DNA of 64,000 nt from Eledone cirrhosa (GCA_964016885.1 OZ024743.1:24242001-24306000), one strand, 5' to 3'; shown: positions 23,767 through 37,039, counted from the stretch's first letter. The notes: generated by a model not told the origin, from the sequence alone. Numbers and translations are program-made.

Positions 23767-24404
23767 TCTTTGAGTCTCAGTCATTGATGTTAGTTAACTG
23801 GAAAGTTTGTTGAGATGAATATCAAGCAACTACCTGCAGCCTCAGATATTCAGGACGTATCGGAGGGTTCTTGCTGTTCCCAGCAAGCATGCCTTTTGAA
23901 GCGTTCCAAAAAGCGTGAAGGGGCCAATTTTCTTTAACCATCCCTGGAGACTTTTTGAGATAGTCCCTAGTGCGCCTATGACAATCGGGATCACTTTGAC
24001 TTCATGGCAGTTCCAAATCCTTTTTACCTCCCACTTTAAGTCCTGGTATCGGTTAATTTTCTCCCTCTCCTTCTCTTGCACTCTCGTGTCGAATGGGCAG
24101 GCCACATCCACAATCAGGCATGATCTTTTTTCTTTGTCCAAAACCACCAGGTCAGGTCTATTGTGTTCCAGTTTCTTGTCCGTCTGTATCCTAAAATCCC
24201 ACAGCACCTTCACCTGATCGTTTTCTATCACCGCCTCTGGCTTATGCTCATACCACTTCTCAGAATGTGGTAAATTGTTTACTTTGCATAGGTGCTAGTG
24301 GATCACCCTGCCCATCACATCATGTCTCCAGCCCTTATAGTGAGTCTGGGCTAGGTGTTTACACTCGGATACAATCTGGGCTAGGTGTTTATACTCGGAT
24401 ATAA

Positions 24405-24405
<1 letters not shown>
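23767..24405 (-). mobile_element. 5'-truncated R4/Dong-type non-LTR retrotransposon (restriction-like endonuclease domain)
   Basis: IVSECKHLAQTHYKGWRHD..VIH*HLC..KVLWDFRIQTDKKLEHNRPDLVVLDK..IVDVACPFD..EK..RYQDL..IPIVIGALG..LQKACLLGTA (RHD, PD..D, E..K..Y motifs). (TAA)n on both sides, the known Dong target type. 29-bp tandem duplication at the 5' truncation point. Confidence 0.88.
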
Positions 24406-24443
<38 letters not shown>

Positions 24444-24652
24444 GGCGACCTACGTAGTAAATAGTATCATCGTGAGCTCCGCAAAGGTTTGTTATTTCCG
24501 TTTGTTAAAAATTGCCATTTATGGAAAATTTTTATTGTTAACTATATATAAGCGCACATACATTGTTTTCCGAAAAGGACACCCAAAAAGATTGGGGCCT
24601 TGTGCCCAAAATTTAAACTTTTATGATTATCAAAAAATTTCTTTGAAAAAAA

Positions 24653-26606
24653 ATGGCTAATTCACCTCTGCACCAAGCAGCTGAAAGCCTTCCTCACAAA
24701 TTAACACCTCACACCGACACCACCATTGTAAATGTTACTACGTTTGCCAACACTAAAAAAAATATAAGCAGTAGCAATATTTTAAATTTGTCTCAGGCAG
24801 ACATTCAATTCCCGCCATTACCAATGACTGCAGGTGTTAAAGCCTCCACCACCACCACCACCACCGCAACCCCCCCACCCCCGCGACAACAGAAACAAAA
24901 GAAGAAAAAAATAAATTAACTCGTGATGTCGAAATGAAATCAAGCAAAATGGACTCTTCCCCACCAAAGACGACTGACGTTACCACCACCACAACTGAAA
25001 CTAAAATTAATAATAACAAAAATAACGATAGCAATAACAACAACAATGACATTAAAAAAACCACCCTGAGTTTTGCCAGAGTAGCAAAACAGTTCGAAGC
25101 ATTTACGGTAACACAGGAGGATTTAGAAAATGCCAAACAAATGGTAAAGAAAGATGGGTACAGGGTCAGCCCCCCCTCCACCTAATAAAATGGAGCATCG
25201 GCGCCTATGCACCGTGTCGTATCGAACAATAAATGTAAAATCGCGCCGAGTGGAACGGGCATCCGAGTCCCAAATCCAAAAAGCTTTGGGACATGTGTGG
25301 GCAAGAAAAACCCACATCAGACGTGGGCAGAAGTATGGAACCGTGGACGTGTTCTTTGAAACACCAGAGGAGGCTAGAGAACACTTCATGGCCCCATTAA
25401 AAAGTGACAACTTCACACTCGTCCCAAGCTATTGTGGCCAGAGACTCGTAAAGATCAGGGTGACCCACGTTCCACCGGCCATCGAAATTCCCTGGCTAAT
25501 AGCGGCCGTCCTCGCCGGCATCGAAGCCAACACAAAGATAATAGCAATAGCAAAAGAAAAGCAGGAGAACTGGTCCGGATCTGGGATGGAGCTCCTGATC
25601 CAAGCGGACCAAAAAAGCATTGAGGAGATCCCAGAGGTAATAGACCTCACCGACGGCAGCCACCTCACCGTAATTGTCGAGGGCAGAAGGCCTAGGTGTG
25701 TCGGTTGTGGTGAAAGAACCCACCTAAGGGCTTTCTGCCCTCAGGCTAAAAGGTTGAGGCCACCTCTCCTACCCACCCCAGTGACACAACCATCAACACC
25801 ACCAGTAGCAGAGATGGCAGCAACAACTGTAGCAGCAACAACAGAAGCAACTATAACAGCAACAACCCCAGCAACAGTAGCAAAACTAACACCACCAGCA
25901 AAACCAACACCACCACCACCACCCAACGCTTCAGAACTAGCACCAGCGCTTACACCATCCACCACGCCACAACAAAAACTAACGCCTGTGGAGGATTTTC
26001 CACTCCCCGGCCTATCACAACTGGAGATAGATTGTGACGACGAGGAGTGGGAAACGGTATCAGAAAAAAAAAAAGAAACCAAAAAGAAAAAATTATCTTC
26101 CTTCCCCCTCCAAAAACAAAATACAGAGGGAAACAAATAAATTAACAAACAAAAAAGTTAGGACAGATATGCCACCATCCACACCAGCATCACCAACCCC
26201 ATTAACCCAAACACCAACACCACCATCACCTACACCACAAAAGTCACCAAAATTCGAAACAGAAACAAACCCACAACAAACGCAAACTAAACAAAACAAC
26301 CAAAACGATACACACTACACAGCATTAAATTTGAACAACAAGCAATTATTACACTACATCCAACACAACACCAGCATCACAGAAAAAGACTACACAACAA
26401 CCCAAAAATTCACACCACCTCCACACATACAAATCACTCGTATCACACAGAAAACGTACATGACACTAAAACAAAAATTCCCCAAAGACATCGGAGACTT
26501 CCGACAAGCACTCTCCAGGAGGATTTATAAGGACATCCTTCCTGAGGAGGCCACAAGCAGTGAAAAGGATGGAAAACCCGTCCTTCCCCTACGAGAAGTA
26601 AGGTAA
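24653..26606 (+). pseudogene. LINE ORF1 (gag-like, CCHC zinc knuckle), frameshifted
   Basis: Four consecutive ORF pieces, apparently broken at A or C homopolymers (~24905, ~25170, ~26065). Knuckle VIVEGRRPRCVGCGERTHLRAFC; Pro/Thr-rich linkers. Confidence 0.8.
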
Positions 26607-26640
26607 GTGGTCTTTCCCATCTTTTCCACTCCTTTTCAAC

Positions 26641-29600
26641 ATGACCTCACTCAGAATAGGCAGCATAAATGCGCGTGGCTTGGGGTCGTCATGAAAGTAG
26701 GGCCACCTGCTCAACGACCGCAGGTCACTAAACATAGATGTAGTGGCCATCATCGAGACCAGAATCTCCGAAGCACGGGCCTTCGCACCGATCTTCGGCG
26801 GCTACGATGTGTACGCATCTCCCAGCCGTCCGGGATCGGGGGGAGGAGTTGCTGTGCTTTTTCGGAGATGTTTGGATTTTGCCATACGGGCCATCTTCCT
26901 GTACCCAGAGGGTAAGTTGGTGGTGCTGGACGTGACCAGCGGAGACGGGCAAGCTTTCAGGTTAGTGGCCGTCTATGCCCCGACAGGAGCAGGGCGGCCT
27001 GATTTCTTCCGGCGTCTGGAGACCTTTCTTGGAACTTCCCGCTCTTTAGTGTTAGTGGGCGACTGGAACGGGATGTTAGATGCACGCTGGAATTGTGTGG
27101 GATTAGTGGATAGGGAAGGAGGGTGCAAGAGTCTCACCAACCTGCTCAGGCGTTTTGAACTGTCTGACAGGTACCGAATGGATTTCCCGAATGTACCAAT
27201 GTGGACTTGGACAAATCGCATAGGGTCATCCAGATCATATCTAGCTAGAGTATTTTGTAGGGAAATAGATAAGTCTAGCATAGGCTGTCCACAATTCAAG
27301 ATAGTCAGCTACACGGACCACAAATTCGTGATCTGTGTGCTTGACTTAGATAGGCTTCATAGACGAGGACCCGGCTACTGGAAGCTAAACGCGTCCTTAC
27401 CAGCGCGCAAGGCCTACAGAGACCGGATTAGCGAACTAGTTAAGCGGGCGTTGACGAGGGCCATCGTCAACAACAAGTGGTGGTTATCTCTGAAAAGAGC
27501 AATTAGAATAGAGTCCATTAGGTTTAGTAAGGCTTTAGCAATAGAGAAAAATAGAGCAGAGGGAGAATTAGTTAGAAAATTAGAAGAGGCGCTTAGCAAA
27601 GGCATCGCGACCGACGTACTTGCGGCGAAATTGGCCCTTGACCAATTCTTCAATGCAAAGCACGAAGGCTGCGTTGTCAGAGCTAGGGTGCGTGCTCTCA
27701 GACACGAGGGGACGAAAGCCGTTCAATGGGCCCGAGTGGCAGAGGCGCGTCGTGGAAATAAAGCCACGATCCGGTCTTTGGTGGACCTCGACGGGCGCAT
27801 GCTACTCGATCCCGGGCAAATGTGTGAAGCTTTTCAGCGACACTTCGCTCAACTGTTCGGGGGCAGTGGCGGGCCGGATCGAGGGATAGACTTTAGTGTC
27901 TACCTCGACGGACTGCCGCGGCTTTCGGCCACTGAGGCGGAGTGTTGCGAAAAACCGATAACAACCGCTGAAGTATGGGAGGCAATGACTGGCTGCACAA
28001 GGGGTAAATCGCCTGGTTTAGATAGTCTGCGCTATGAACTTTACGTACAAATGGCAGACTTGTTCGGAGGCCTCTTGGCGGACGTCTACTGCAACTGGCA
28101 ACAGAACGGGAGAATTCCCAGCTCTGTGAGCCGAGGAGCGGTGGCGCTGCTGAGAAAGGATCCGAACAAGAGGGACAACATAGACAATTTTAGGCCCATA
28201 ACTCTACTAAACACAGAGTTCAAGATTTTGGCCAAGGTGCTAGCAAAGAGGTTGGCGCTTGTCGTTGGTGGTCTGGTGGGAGAGGCGCAGACATGCGCCA
28301 TTCCCGACAGATCCATCCACGACAACCTCCACCTCATGCGATACATCGTAGAGAGGGTAGCTAGGGAACCTGGCACGGGTGGGTCTTTGATCAATTTAGA
28401 TCAGTCGAAAGCCTTCGATAGGGTCGACCATCGTTACCTAGCGGCAGTCCTGAGGGCTGCTGGCTTTGGGCCCGTCTTCAGAGGCTGGATCGCTGCCATG
28501 CACAACGACATCTGCTCTGTAGTGAGAGTGAACGGTCACCTTTCGGAACCGTTCAACATCATGCGCTCGGTCCGCCAAGGATGTCCCCTCTCGTCCCTAT
28601 TGTACGTATTTACTCTCGAGCCATTACTGCAGAAACTGGAGACGTTGAGGGGGGTCCCGCGCGAATTAGGATGCGGAAGATCCGTGTCAGCATATGCGGA
28701 CGATGTCACCGTAGTGGTGTCGAACGCCAAACACATCGAGGCGATCGGCACTACACTAAGAGAATACGAAGCGGTGACAGGAGCAATGATCAACCAGGAA
28801 AAGTCAGTGGGCCTGCAGCTCGGCACCTGGAGAGGCAGGTCCATGCCGTCCAACAGCGTCGTCGGGCGCTGGACGGACGGACCGGTTAAATTGCTAGGGG
28901 TCTGGTTCGGTCCAGACCTCCAGACGGACAAAAACTGGGACGAGGTGACGAGCAGGGTGGCTTCTCTCAACCAGAAATGGGCCGAGAGGAAGCTATCCCT
29001 GAAAGGTCGAGCGCAGGTGGCTAACGCGTACATCGCGTCTGTCATCTGCTACCGCCTGACCGTCGTACCTTGTCCTAAGCCTCGCCTGACTGCGCTGGAG
29101 CGTTTGCTCTTTCGCTTTTTGTGGAAGGGACGTGCTCCGATGGTCAGGCGGTCCATCTGTTGTCAACACCCGCTACGTGGAGGGCTGGGCATGCCGTGGC
29201 TGATGATGCGCAGGAACGCGCTCAGGCTACGACATCTCTACCTCTTCCTCGACGGTGATCAGGTGTGGTCGCCGTTTGCTAGGCGCGTATTTCCCCAGCT
29301 CGTTTCCTTGACGGAGCTGCAGTCCTGGGTCAAGCGAAGACCGAGAGGGAGTGCCTGGAGACTGGAATGTCTTCAGGCGCTCACAGCCCTCGACCAATCG
29401 GGCAATGTGATCGGTGGAAACTCCACCTTGGCGTTCTATAGGGGATTAGTGGAGGGTAAGAGCGACGACGTACTTGGGGAAACTCTAGGCGTCGACGAAA
29501 ATCAACTAGCCAATCTCTTCGGAAGAACTTTCGGGCCGGGGCCTATGGACAACTTCCAGAAATCTCTGGCCTGGCAGTGCTACCGAGGAGCCTTGCCAGT

Positions 29601-30060
29601 TCGGGATAAACTCTACAGGCATGGAGGTGCCGTCAGCCGGGCATGTCCGAGATGCGCGCAGGGCGACGAAACCGTCCTGCACGCACTCGTCCAGTGTCCG
29701 AAAATTGCTGACTTGTGGGTTTATGTCGAACACCTGCTGTCGCGTTTAGGACGGATCCAGCTATCATCTGAGTCCATCGTCAGGATTGCCCCGCCCTCCT
29801 CCTTTAGCCGGGAAGGGCAGGCAGTTTTTATCTGTCTGGTGGCCATGGCGAAAGAGATAGTATGGTGGACACGTTTGAAAGGGCTGAAGACGAGCACTTA
29901 CCTCTTCGGTGATGCTCTGATTGACTTTTTCAAATTTCATTTGAAAAGGAAAATCAGAGTAGAGAGGGAAGTGCTCTCTTCCCAGCATTTTGTTGAAAGA
30001 TGGGTGAGAGAAGCAAGAACGGCCCGAGTGAATGGGCCTACTCTGAGTATATATCTGTAA
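26641..30060 (+). pseudogene. LINE ORF2: APE endonuclease - reverse transcriptase - CCHC finger, with two early nonsense codons
   Basis: ATG at 26641 (MTSLRIGSINARGL) is in frame with ORF 26743-30060 but interrupted by TGA 26692 and TAG 26698. Motifs IIET, VYAP, GDWN, TDH, KSPGLD, FRPITLLN, DQSKAFD, RQGCPLS, YADD, CPRC..HALVQC. Confidence 0.95.
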
Positions 30061-30364
30061 ATTAAAGGTGGAAAACTGGGAGAGGGCACTTGCCTTGGTG
30101 GTCAGGGTCATTGTGGCTTTTTACTGGGCTTTCTCCACAAATGTCCCTCCGAAGTCTCCCCCCAATTGGGGAATTTTTCATTGTTATTTTCATTGTTATT
30201 TTTGTTACATCCTCTGTTTTTGTTTTTTACACGCAGAAATGCCCATTTGTACCGTCCTGCATTGTCCTGCACTGTCCTTAATGTCTACTTTATGTAAATC
30301 CTTGTGGTTAATAAAGAAATCATTATTATTATTATTGTTGTTGTTATTATAATTATTCTGTACA

Positions 30365-30543
30365 TTGGCAGTATCGGTAGCTGGTCGGGCGCCATGCTTT
30401 CCAGCATAGTTACGTCTCTTTGCGTCTGAGTTCAAATCCCGCCGAGGTTAACTTTGCCTTTCATCCTTACGGGTTCGATAAAATAAAGTACCAGTAATGT
30501 ACTGGGTAATTGATGGCCTTGTGCCAAAAGTAGAAACAATTAT
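30365..30543 (+). mobile_element. SINE-A copy
   Basis: A-box, B-box, core and tail all match consensus. Confidence 0.88.
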
Positions 30544-30893
30544 ATTAACGTCATCACTCATTGTTAATGCTGCCATCAAATTGTTCCTTCTATTTCTACA
30601 AGGCTTCATAATCATCAGCATCATCAATACCAACATCAGCAGCATCATAATCATCACCTCTGTGTAATTATTATTGTCTTGGTTGTTGTCTTTGTCGTGG
30701 TTACAGTTGTTGTTGTTATTGTTGTTGTTGTTGCTCACAGTGTTTTTGTTTAACCTTATTTTATTAATTCAATTGTTTCCATTGCTGTGGTGTTATATAT
30801 CCGTTCTTGTGATTACCTTCCTCGTGTAGCGTTGTTGTTGTTGTTGTTATTGTTGTTGTTTTGTAGTTACTGTTGTTGTTATGGTGGTAGTGG

Positions 30894-30972
30894 TTCTTCT
30901 TCTTCTTCTTCTTCTTCTTCTTCTTCTTCTTCTTCTTCTTCTTCTTCTTCTTCTTCTTCTTCTTCTTCTTCT
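30894..30972. repeat. (TTC)n microsatellite
   Basis: Read directly. Confidence 0.95.
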
Positions 30973-31589
30973 TTATCTTTGTCTTTTCTTCTGCCGTATT
31001 CTTTTATATGCCATCCTCCACTTTCATTTTTTTTATTATCATTTTTTATTCTCTTCATTTTACCTCCCGAAATGGTTGCTATTTGTTGCAGTTGAAACCA
31101 TGAATATTCATTAGGAAGATACTTGTAAGCTTATGAAAAAGAAAATGGGGCTGGTGGAGGAGTAGCGAGAATAATAAGGATAATAATAGCTGAAACACAA
31201 AACAATCAAAAATGGTTGCCTATCAAAAATATCACTTTAGCCCCATTTCATGAAAGCTTTGCTTAGCTACACTTCGCCGATTCCTGCCTTTTATTTGGCA
31301 ATTAATAGCTTTTCTCTTGTCATTTTCAAGAATTGGTTTATATATATGTGGGTACAGTTTCATTGGGTCTTCTGGGGGTTCTTCAATTTGTTGTTCTTGT
31401 TATTGTTCCTGTGTGTGTGTGTTTGTGAGTGTTTCTTTATTAATATTACTTTTCTTTTTCTATTATCGTGTTCTATTTTTTTGTTTTGTTTTATTTATAT
31501 ATTTATTTATTCAATCGTTTGTTGTTGTTATTGTTGTTTTGTTTCTTCGCTCCTTATCTTGGAACTATCTCAAAAGCTAACTTCGGAAA

Positions 31590-31675
31590 TGGTATAGTGA
31601 GCCGACATAGATGTTTTACGGTATTTGACTCGTTGCCTAACTGATGATAAGTTCGAATCTTGCCTGCACCAACAA
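31590..31675 (+). mobile_element. tRNA-like head of a degenerate SINE or tRNA pseudogene
   Basis: TGGTATAGTGAG (A-box-like) ... AGTTCGAATCTTGCCTGCACCA (B-box-like). Confidence 0.35.
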
Positions 31676-31999
31676 ACACATTTCGTTAACACAAGACACT
31701 ATAGGTTATACATATCTTGTCTTGCCGAAATACATAGTGCCTTTACAATGAAAATAGCAAGAAATATCGCTGGTTGCATTCTCATTGTGTGCATATAGTT
31801 ATTAGTTATCCCAAAAATATCGCTTACGCAATGAAGCAAATATTCTCAAACTGCGAGACTATATGATCATATATGTGGGCTATTTTGTTGCTCCAGCAAT
31901 CTGTAAGACATATCGCTCCTGTAACTACATTTTCTATTATCTCTAAATATCCAGACTTGTATACAACACAAACGTGACCCAAGAATAGCCGTCACTTCT

Positions 32000-32252
32000 C
32001 TGCGTCGAAATATCACAGCTCCGGTTCTATGGACATGTGCTTAGAGTACCTAAGGAAAGACTTGCTGGACAGAGTTTGTGGATAGAGCCGGCTAGCAGGA
32101 ACCCTAGAGGCAGACCACGATCAATATGATCTCAGTTGGTTTCGCCTGGGGATTCAACAGGAAACGGTTACTTCTGATATGGCCTTCTGGTATGCGTGTC
32201 TAAGGATTCTGACCCCACAACCCACTCAGGAATAAATTGAGGAAGAAGAAGA
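32000..32252 (+). mobile_element. RTE-clade LINE 3' fragment with (GAA)n tail
   Basis: Translates QLRFYGHVLRVPKERLAGQSLWIEPASRNPRGRPR. Confidence 0.7.
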
Positions 32253-32618
32253 ATAAAATAGGGTACCCATCATCAAATGTACAGGGTATGAAATATAATA
32301 GAATTAATAAATTTCTACATGAATTCTATTGATGAAATTATGTTCAACCAATATGTACTTCTAGTGAAGCACAAGGAAAGATAAATCTGGATCACACATA
32401 CACACACGTATTCAAACAAATAGTCTTATAATGCAACATGCACAAACAGACAAATTGCATATACACGCTCCTATTCAGAAAAGCACGTGCTCATGTATTT
32501 AACGAATACGTATATTTATATGTATCTCATCGTCGGCACTTACCTCGGCTTCAGAGGTCGAGATTAATGGATTGTTATGAATATATATAAATCTATGCAT
32601 ATATATATGTGTGTGTGT

Positions 32619-32650
<32 letters not shown>

Positions 32651-32783
32651 CTGTGTGTATTTGTGTGTGTGTGCGTGTGTGTGCGTGCGTGTGTGCGTGT
32701 GTGTGTCTGTGTGTGTCTGTGTGTCTTTCTGTGTGTGTGCATGTGTGTGCGTGTGTGTGCGTGTGTGTGCGTGTGTGTGCGTG

Positions 32784-32821
<38 letters not shown>

Positions 32822-33258
32822 TGTGTGTGTCTGTGTGTCTTTGTGTGTGTGTGCGAGTGTGTGCGTATGTGTGCGTGTGTGTGCGTGGGTGTGTGTGTGT
32901 GTGTGTGAAGAGATAGTCAAAGAACTGTATAGGTGTTATTTCTGCTTCCGCCAATGCTCTTTCTTTTAATGAAATTCATATTTATAACTGCGTTTGCAAA
33001 CTGAGTTAGATAGATAGATGTCCTTACATTTATATATATAATATATATATACGTAACAATCTAATAATGATGAATGTGTCCCTAAAAATTATCTCTATCT
33101 CAATATATAGGATTTTGGTTTATAGTTTATTTTTTCCCTTTCTCGGAGTAAACGATACAATGAAATGAAACTTCATATGTATGTATGAATATATGTGGGA
33201 TTTTATAACAAAAGATCATAAAATAACATTGACTGGGCTATATACATGTATGTATCTA

Positions 33259-33289
<31 letters not shown>

Positions 33290-33614
33290 GTGCGTGTCTG
33301 TGTTCATACACAGGGATAGATATAGGGAGTGGAAGAGAGTAAAAGTGAGGCTGGAAATACGAATAAAGAAGACATAAAATAATAGAATATATTTGAGACG
33401 TGTTATTGCATATTAAATATGTCAGCTATGTTAGTGATATGTATTCAGTGATGTGTGAATGTTACATGTTTGACCGTGTCGTTGCCAGCACGGCAGTCTG
33501 ATGAAGGAGTCAAACACATATAGACATCAGTTGTAATTCTTAATATAACAAGCATTTGCTTCTATCCTGCGTTATGTCTTTCTGTCTTATCTTTTTCACA
33601 TGCTTCTCATATAC

Positions 33615-33646
<32 letters not shown>

Positions 33647-33709
33647 CCTGTGTTTATACATAAACACATACATACGCACTCACACACATATATATCGATA
33701 AGTCACATG

Positions 33710-33801
<92 letters not shown>

Positions 33802-33834
33802 TGTGACTTATCGAGGCGCATTTCGATGATTTAA

Positions 33835-34127
33835 AATTTGAAATGTGGAAATGAAAACACAGAAAATAACTAACATTCGATCGCTATAAATAATGATAGC
33901 TTGAGAAAATCGGGTAACATAACCTTAAGGACAGAAAAACCGACCTAGCGCGACAGCCACTACTGACAAACTCGGTATGAATTCGAGAAATACGGCATTT
34001 GATTAACTACTGACCATTTTTTCTGGGGTTAAAGGTATTTAACCTGATATTTTAAAGATATTACTATTTATAGCGTTCGACTGTTGTTTCAGTTGTTTTC
34101 TCCGTTTTGATTCCCGCATTTCAAATA
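33835..34127. repeat. diverged inverted-repeat element (family also at 41990-42435)
   Basis: Arm TTTGAAATGTGGAAATGAAAACACAGAAAATAACTAAC..CGCTATAAATA is mirrored by TATTTATAGCG..AGTTGTTTTCTCCGTTTTGATTCCCGCATTTCAAA. Confidence 0.7.
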
Positions 34128-34129
34128 TA

Positions 34130-34218
34130 TACAGGGTGTCCTTAAATGTATACACACTTTGATAACCTGTACAGGCAATATTTATTAGAATGCTGTTGAA
34201 GTGTGTATACATTTTGGC
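34130..34218. mobile_element. Tc1/mariner-type MITE remnant
   Basis: Starts TA|CAGGGTGTCC; AAATGTATACACACTT is mirrored by AAGTGTGTATACATTT; the right terminus is incomplete. Confidence 0.45.
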
Positions 34219-34389
34219 CGAAGAGGGAAGAGTCTGTCTTCAGTCCTTTCAACCGTCTCCACCATACTACTTCTTTCGCTACTGCCACCAGACAGAGGAA
34301 AAATGCCAGCTCTTCCCACCGGGGCGATCAAACAAGGAGCTTCCTCTATACTTGAAGTAATCTCTTGTCTCTCTTTTTGAAAATTGGGA

Positions 34390-35045
34390 TTATCACTATT
34401 GATTGCTATTGTTTCGGTGCATTGCCAGAGATATTGGTCCTCTCAAAGAATCCTTCGCAATGGACACTAGATGCGAGCGGAGTTGCACTGAAGCAGGGAG
34501 ATACGGTCAAGTATTTCGAAGCCTTGTTCACGAGTCATCGAAGGCAAGAGCCTGATTTATGTACAAGATTTGCATGAGTTGGTGCAGTAATACTCCAATT
34601 TCAGCATTCGGTCATTAGAAGGGAGGTAGGTGTAATGCCAAACTCGCTCTCTTCAATTGGTATTTCTGCCAACCCTTACCTCTGATCACGAATCTTGGGT
34701 AATGACCGAAAGTATACTATCGTGAATACAAGCGGCCTAAATGGGGTTCCTGCAAAATGTCATTGGAGTAATGTTACTCGATAGGGTGCGTAGCTCGGAC
34801 ATCAGTTAATCTTTTCACTACACCTCTGAATTGAGAAATCAGAACTGTGATATTACGGACATGTGTTTAGAATGTCTGAGAAAAGAATCGCAGGACCGAT
34901 ATTACGAGCAAAACTAACCGATGGTGACCCATGAGTACATCCTGAGCAAGATGGTTAGTTAATACCCACGAACTCGGCTGGTCGCATTTGAGGATCCAAC
35001 CGGATCAATAAGAGGTAGTTGCTTCTGAAAGGACCCTCCTGAAGG
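34390..35045 (+). mobile_element. degraded RTE-clade (Rex3/Expander-like) LINE, post-RT region
   Basis: Fragments VKYFEALFTSHRRQE, PTLTSDHESWVMTES, IQAA*MGFL, GVMLLDRVRSSDI, YYGHVFRMSEKR. Confidence 0.75.
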
Positions 35046-35336
35046 CGTGCTAGCGTATCCTAGCCCCACAAACCTATCATTAACCTATTTATCTTTTTGT
35101 CAATTTTTCTCATTCACGGATATCTCCCATCGACATCATTATCTCTCTTTCTCTCGCTCCTTCTGTCTTTCTCTGTCACATTTTCTGTCTGTATCTCCCT
35201 TCCTCGCTCTATTGCTTATAATTTTCTTCTTACTCTATATTATGTCTTTCAAATAATGTACGTTATCAAGTAGCATGGAAAACGCAAGACGAGTTACATC
35301 TTCAAAATATGTTGAGGCTTTCTTTCCATATACATA

Positions 35337-35411
<75 letters not shown>

Positions 35412-35456
35412 CATACACACACACACATATATATATATATACATACACACACACAC

Positions 35457-35551
<95 letters not shown>

Positions 35552-36975
35552 TATATATATATATATGAAGTATGTATGATTTAAAAGTGTATTTCATGTC
35601 AGTAACATATTAATATGCTAAAAACATATTTAATCTTAGTATACAATGGTGGTCCAAACAATGTATAATTGTTTCTTGTATTTTGTGGGACTTTTTGTGT
35701 GTTATTTTAATTTACTTTTCAATCACCGGCTTTGTTTCTCTTCAATTTTAATATTTTAATGTCCAATATATATCCTATTTATCGTCTAGATGTTTGCTAT
35801 TTACTAATATCATACACGTAAATGCATATTTTCTTTTATTCTACATTGCCTGCAGCATTGGAAAAGTATATAAAACTACCATCAAATCTTCAGTTATAGT
35901 TGTTGCTGCTGTTTAGCCTCACGTAAGCTGAGATTTCAATGTGATTGATAGGCCTGCTAGAAATAGTAGCCAAATCGCATACGCTTTAATATTTTCGCAT
36001 CAAATTACCAGTTTTATTTTATGGTTCGGTTTAAGGCATTTTGTGTTCCATTCGATCTAATTTGAGATACAATATCTACATATTTATATTGTCCTATATG
36101 TTAACTTTTAGTAAGAAGTTGTTTTCTGAGGCTTTATTTATTTTCTCAGCGAGTTTTGAAGTGCTCCCTATAATCAGTATATCGTTCACATATTTGTTGT
36201 ATATTAAATGTTTGCATTTCAGTATTACTTAGTTGTCTATTGTAGATAGAGACATGCCATGAACGTAAACTATAAGGGAGACGTCATGATAACTCAATCA
36301 ATTTATCTATACAAATTGCTTTGTGAATAAGAAATAAGGTACATATATTGTACACATAACAAGTACTTTCCTCAATATGAGGCGGATGTCATATTCATGT
36401 ATGAGGCAGTGGCTATTTGGTTTCTTTTTAGCAAAACATTGAGGAAGGACTAAGATCTTGGGAAGATTCTGTTGGAATGATTAAGATAAAGGATTTGCGC
36501 AATATTGATGCTGCTCCTATAGGCGTCGTTGTGGCTATTGTTTAGTTTCAGGTCATCCCTGATGAGGCAGACATAAGAAAAAAGGTGTTCCATTTGAAAC
36601 CATCCCTGTGTCAGACATATTACAGCGAAGAGAATATCTAATGTTTTCTTGTATTTTAAGGTGGTGTTTATGTGATGGAAGTGGGGTGGAAATTCGGCTT
36701 CTATTACATGGAATTCATGGGTGGCAATGCCGGACGAGATATGAAAAAGAAGCATGTACAATACATTCAGTAAGAAGTTTAGTAAATTTGGCATTTTTAC
36801 ATGGTAAAATAGACAGCCCAATTCATATTAATCTGAAAATCTCTTAACAGCTATGCCGCTATTTTCTTTGCTCTGCTATTTGCTTTTTTTTATGTATGTG
36901 CGTGTGTGTGAATATATCTTTATATTTCACAACTTCTTAAAAATTACGTTTCGATGAATTCCGAATATTTATACT

Positions 36976-37039
<64 letters not shown>

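Larger units (their letters stand above)
24443..30321 (+). mobile_element. full-length Tx1/L1-type LINE (~5.9 kb), inactivated
   Basis: 5' UTR, ORF1, ORF2 and a 3' UTR ending AATAAAGAAATC; flanked on both sides by (ATT)n. Confidence 0.95.

Noticed and set aside
26692-26700. Programmed read-through or selenocysteine at the ORF2 in-frame stops
   Set aside because: The paralogous copy has TGG and CAG at these codons, and ORF2 carries other damaging changes (SYLARV for the expected LDR, PLSS for PLSP).
33495-33530. CTGATGA motif (likewise at 31641 and 36559)
   Set aside because: No properly positioned stem II + GAAA; at most decayed remnants.
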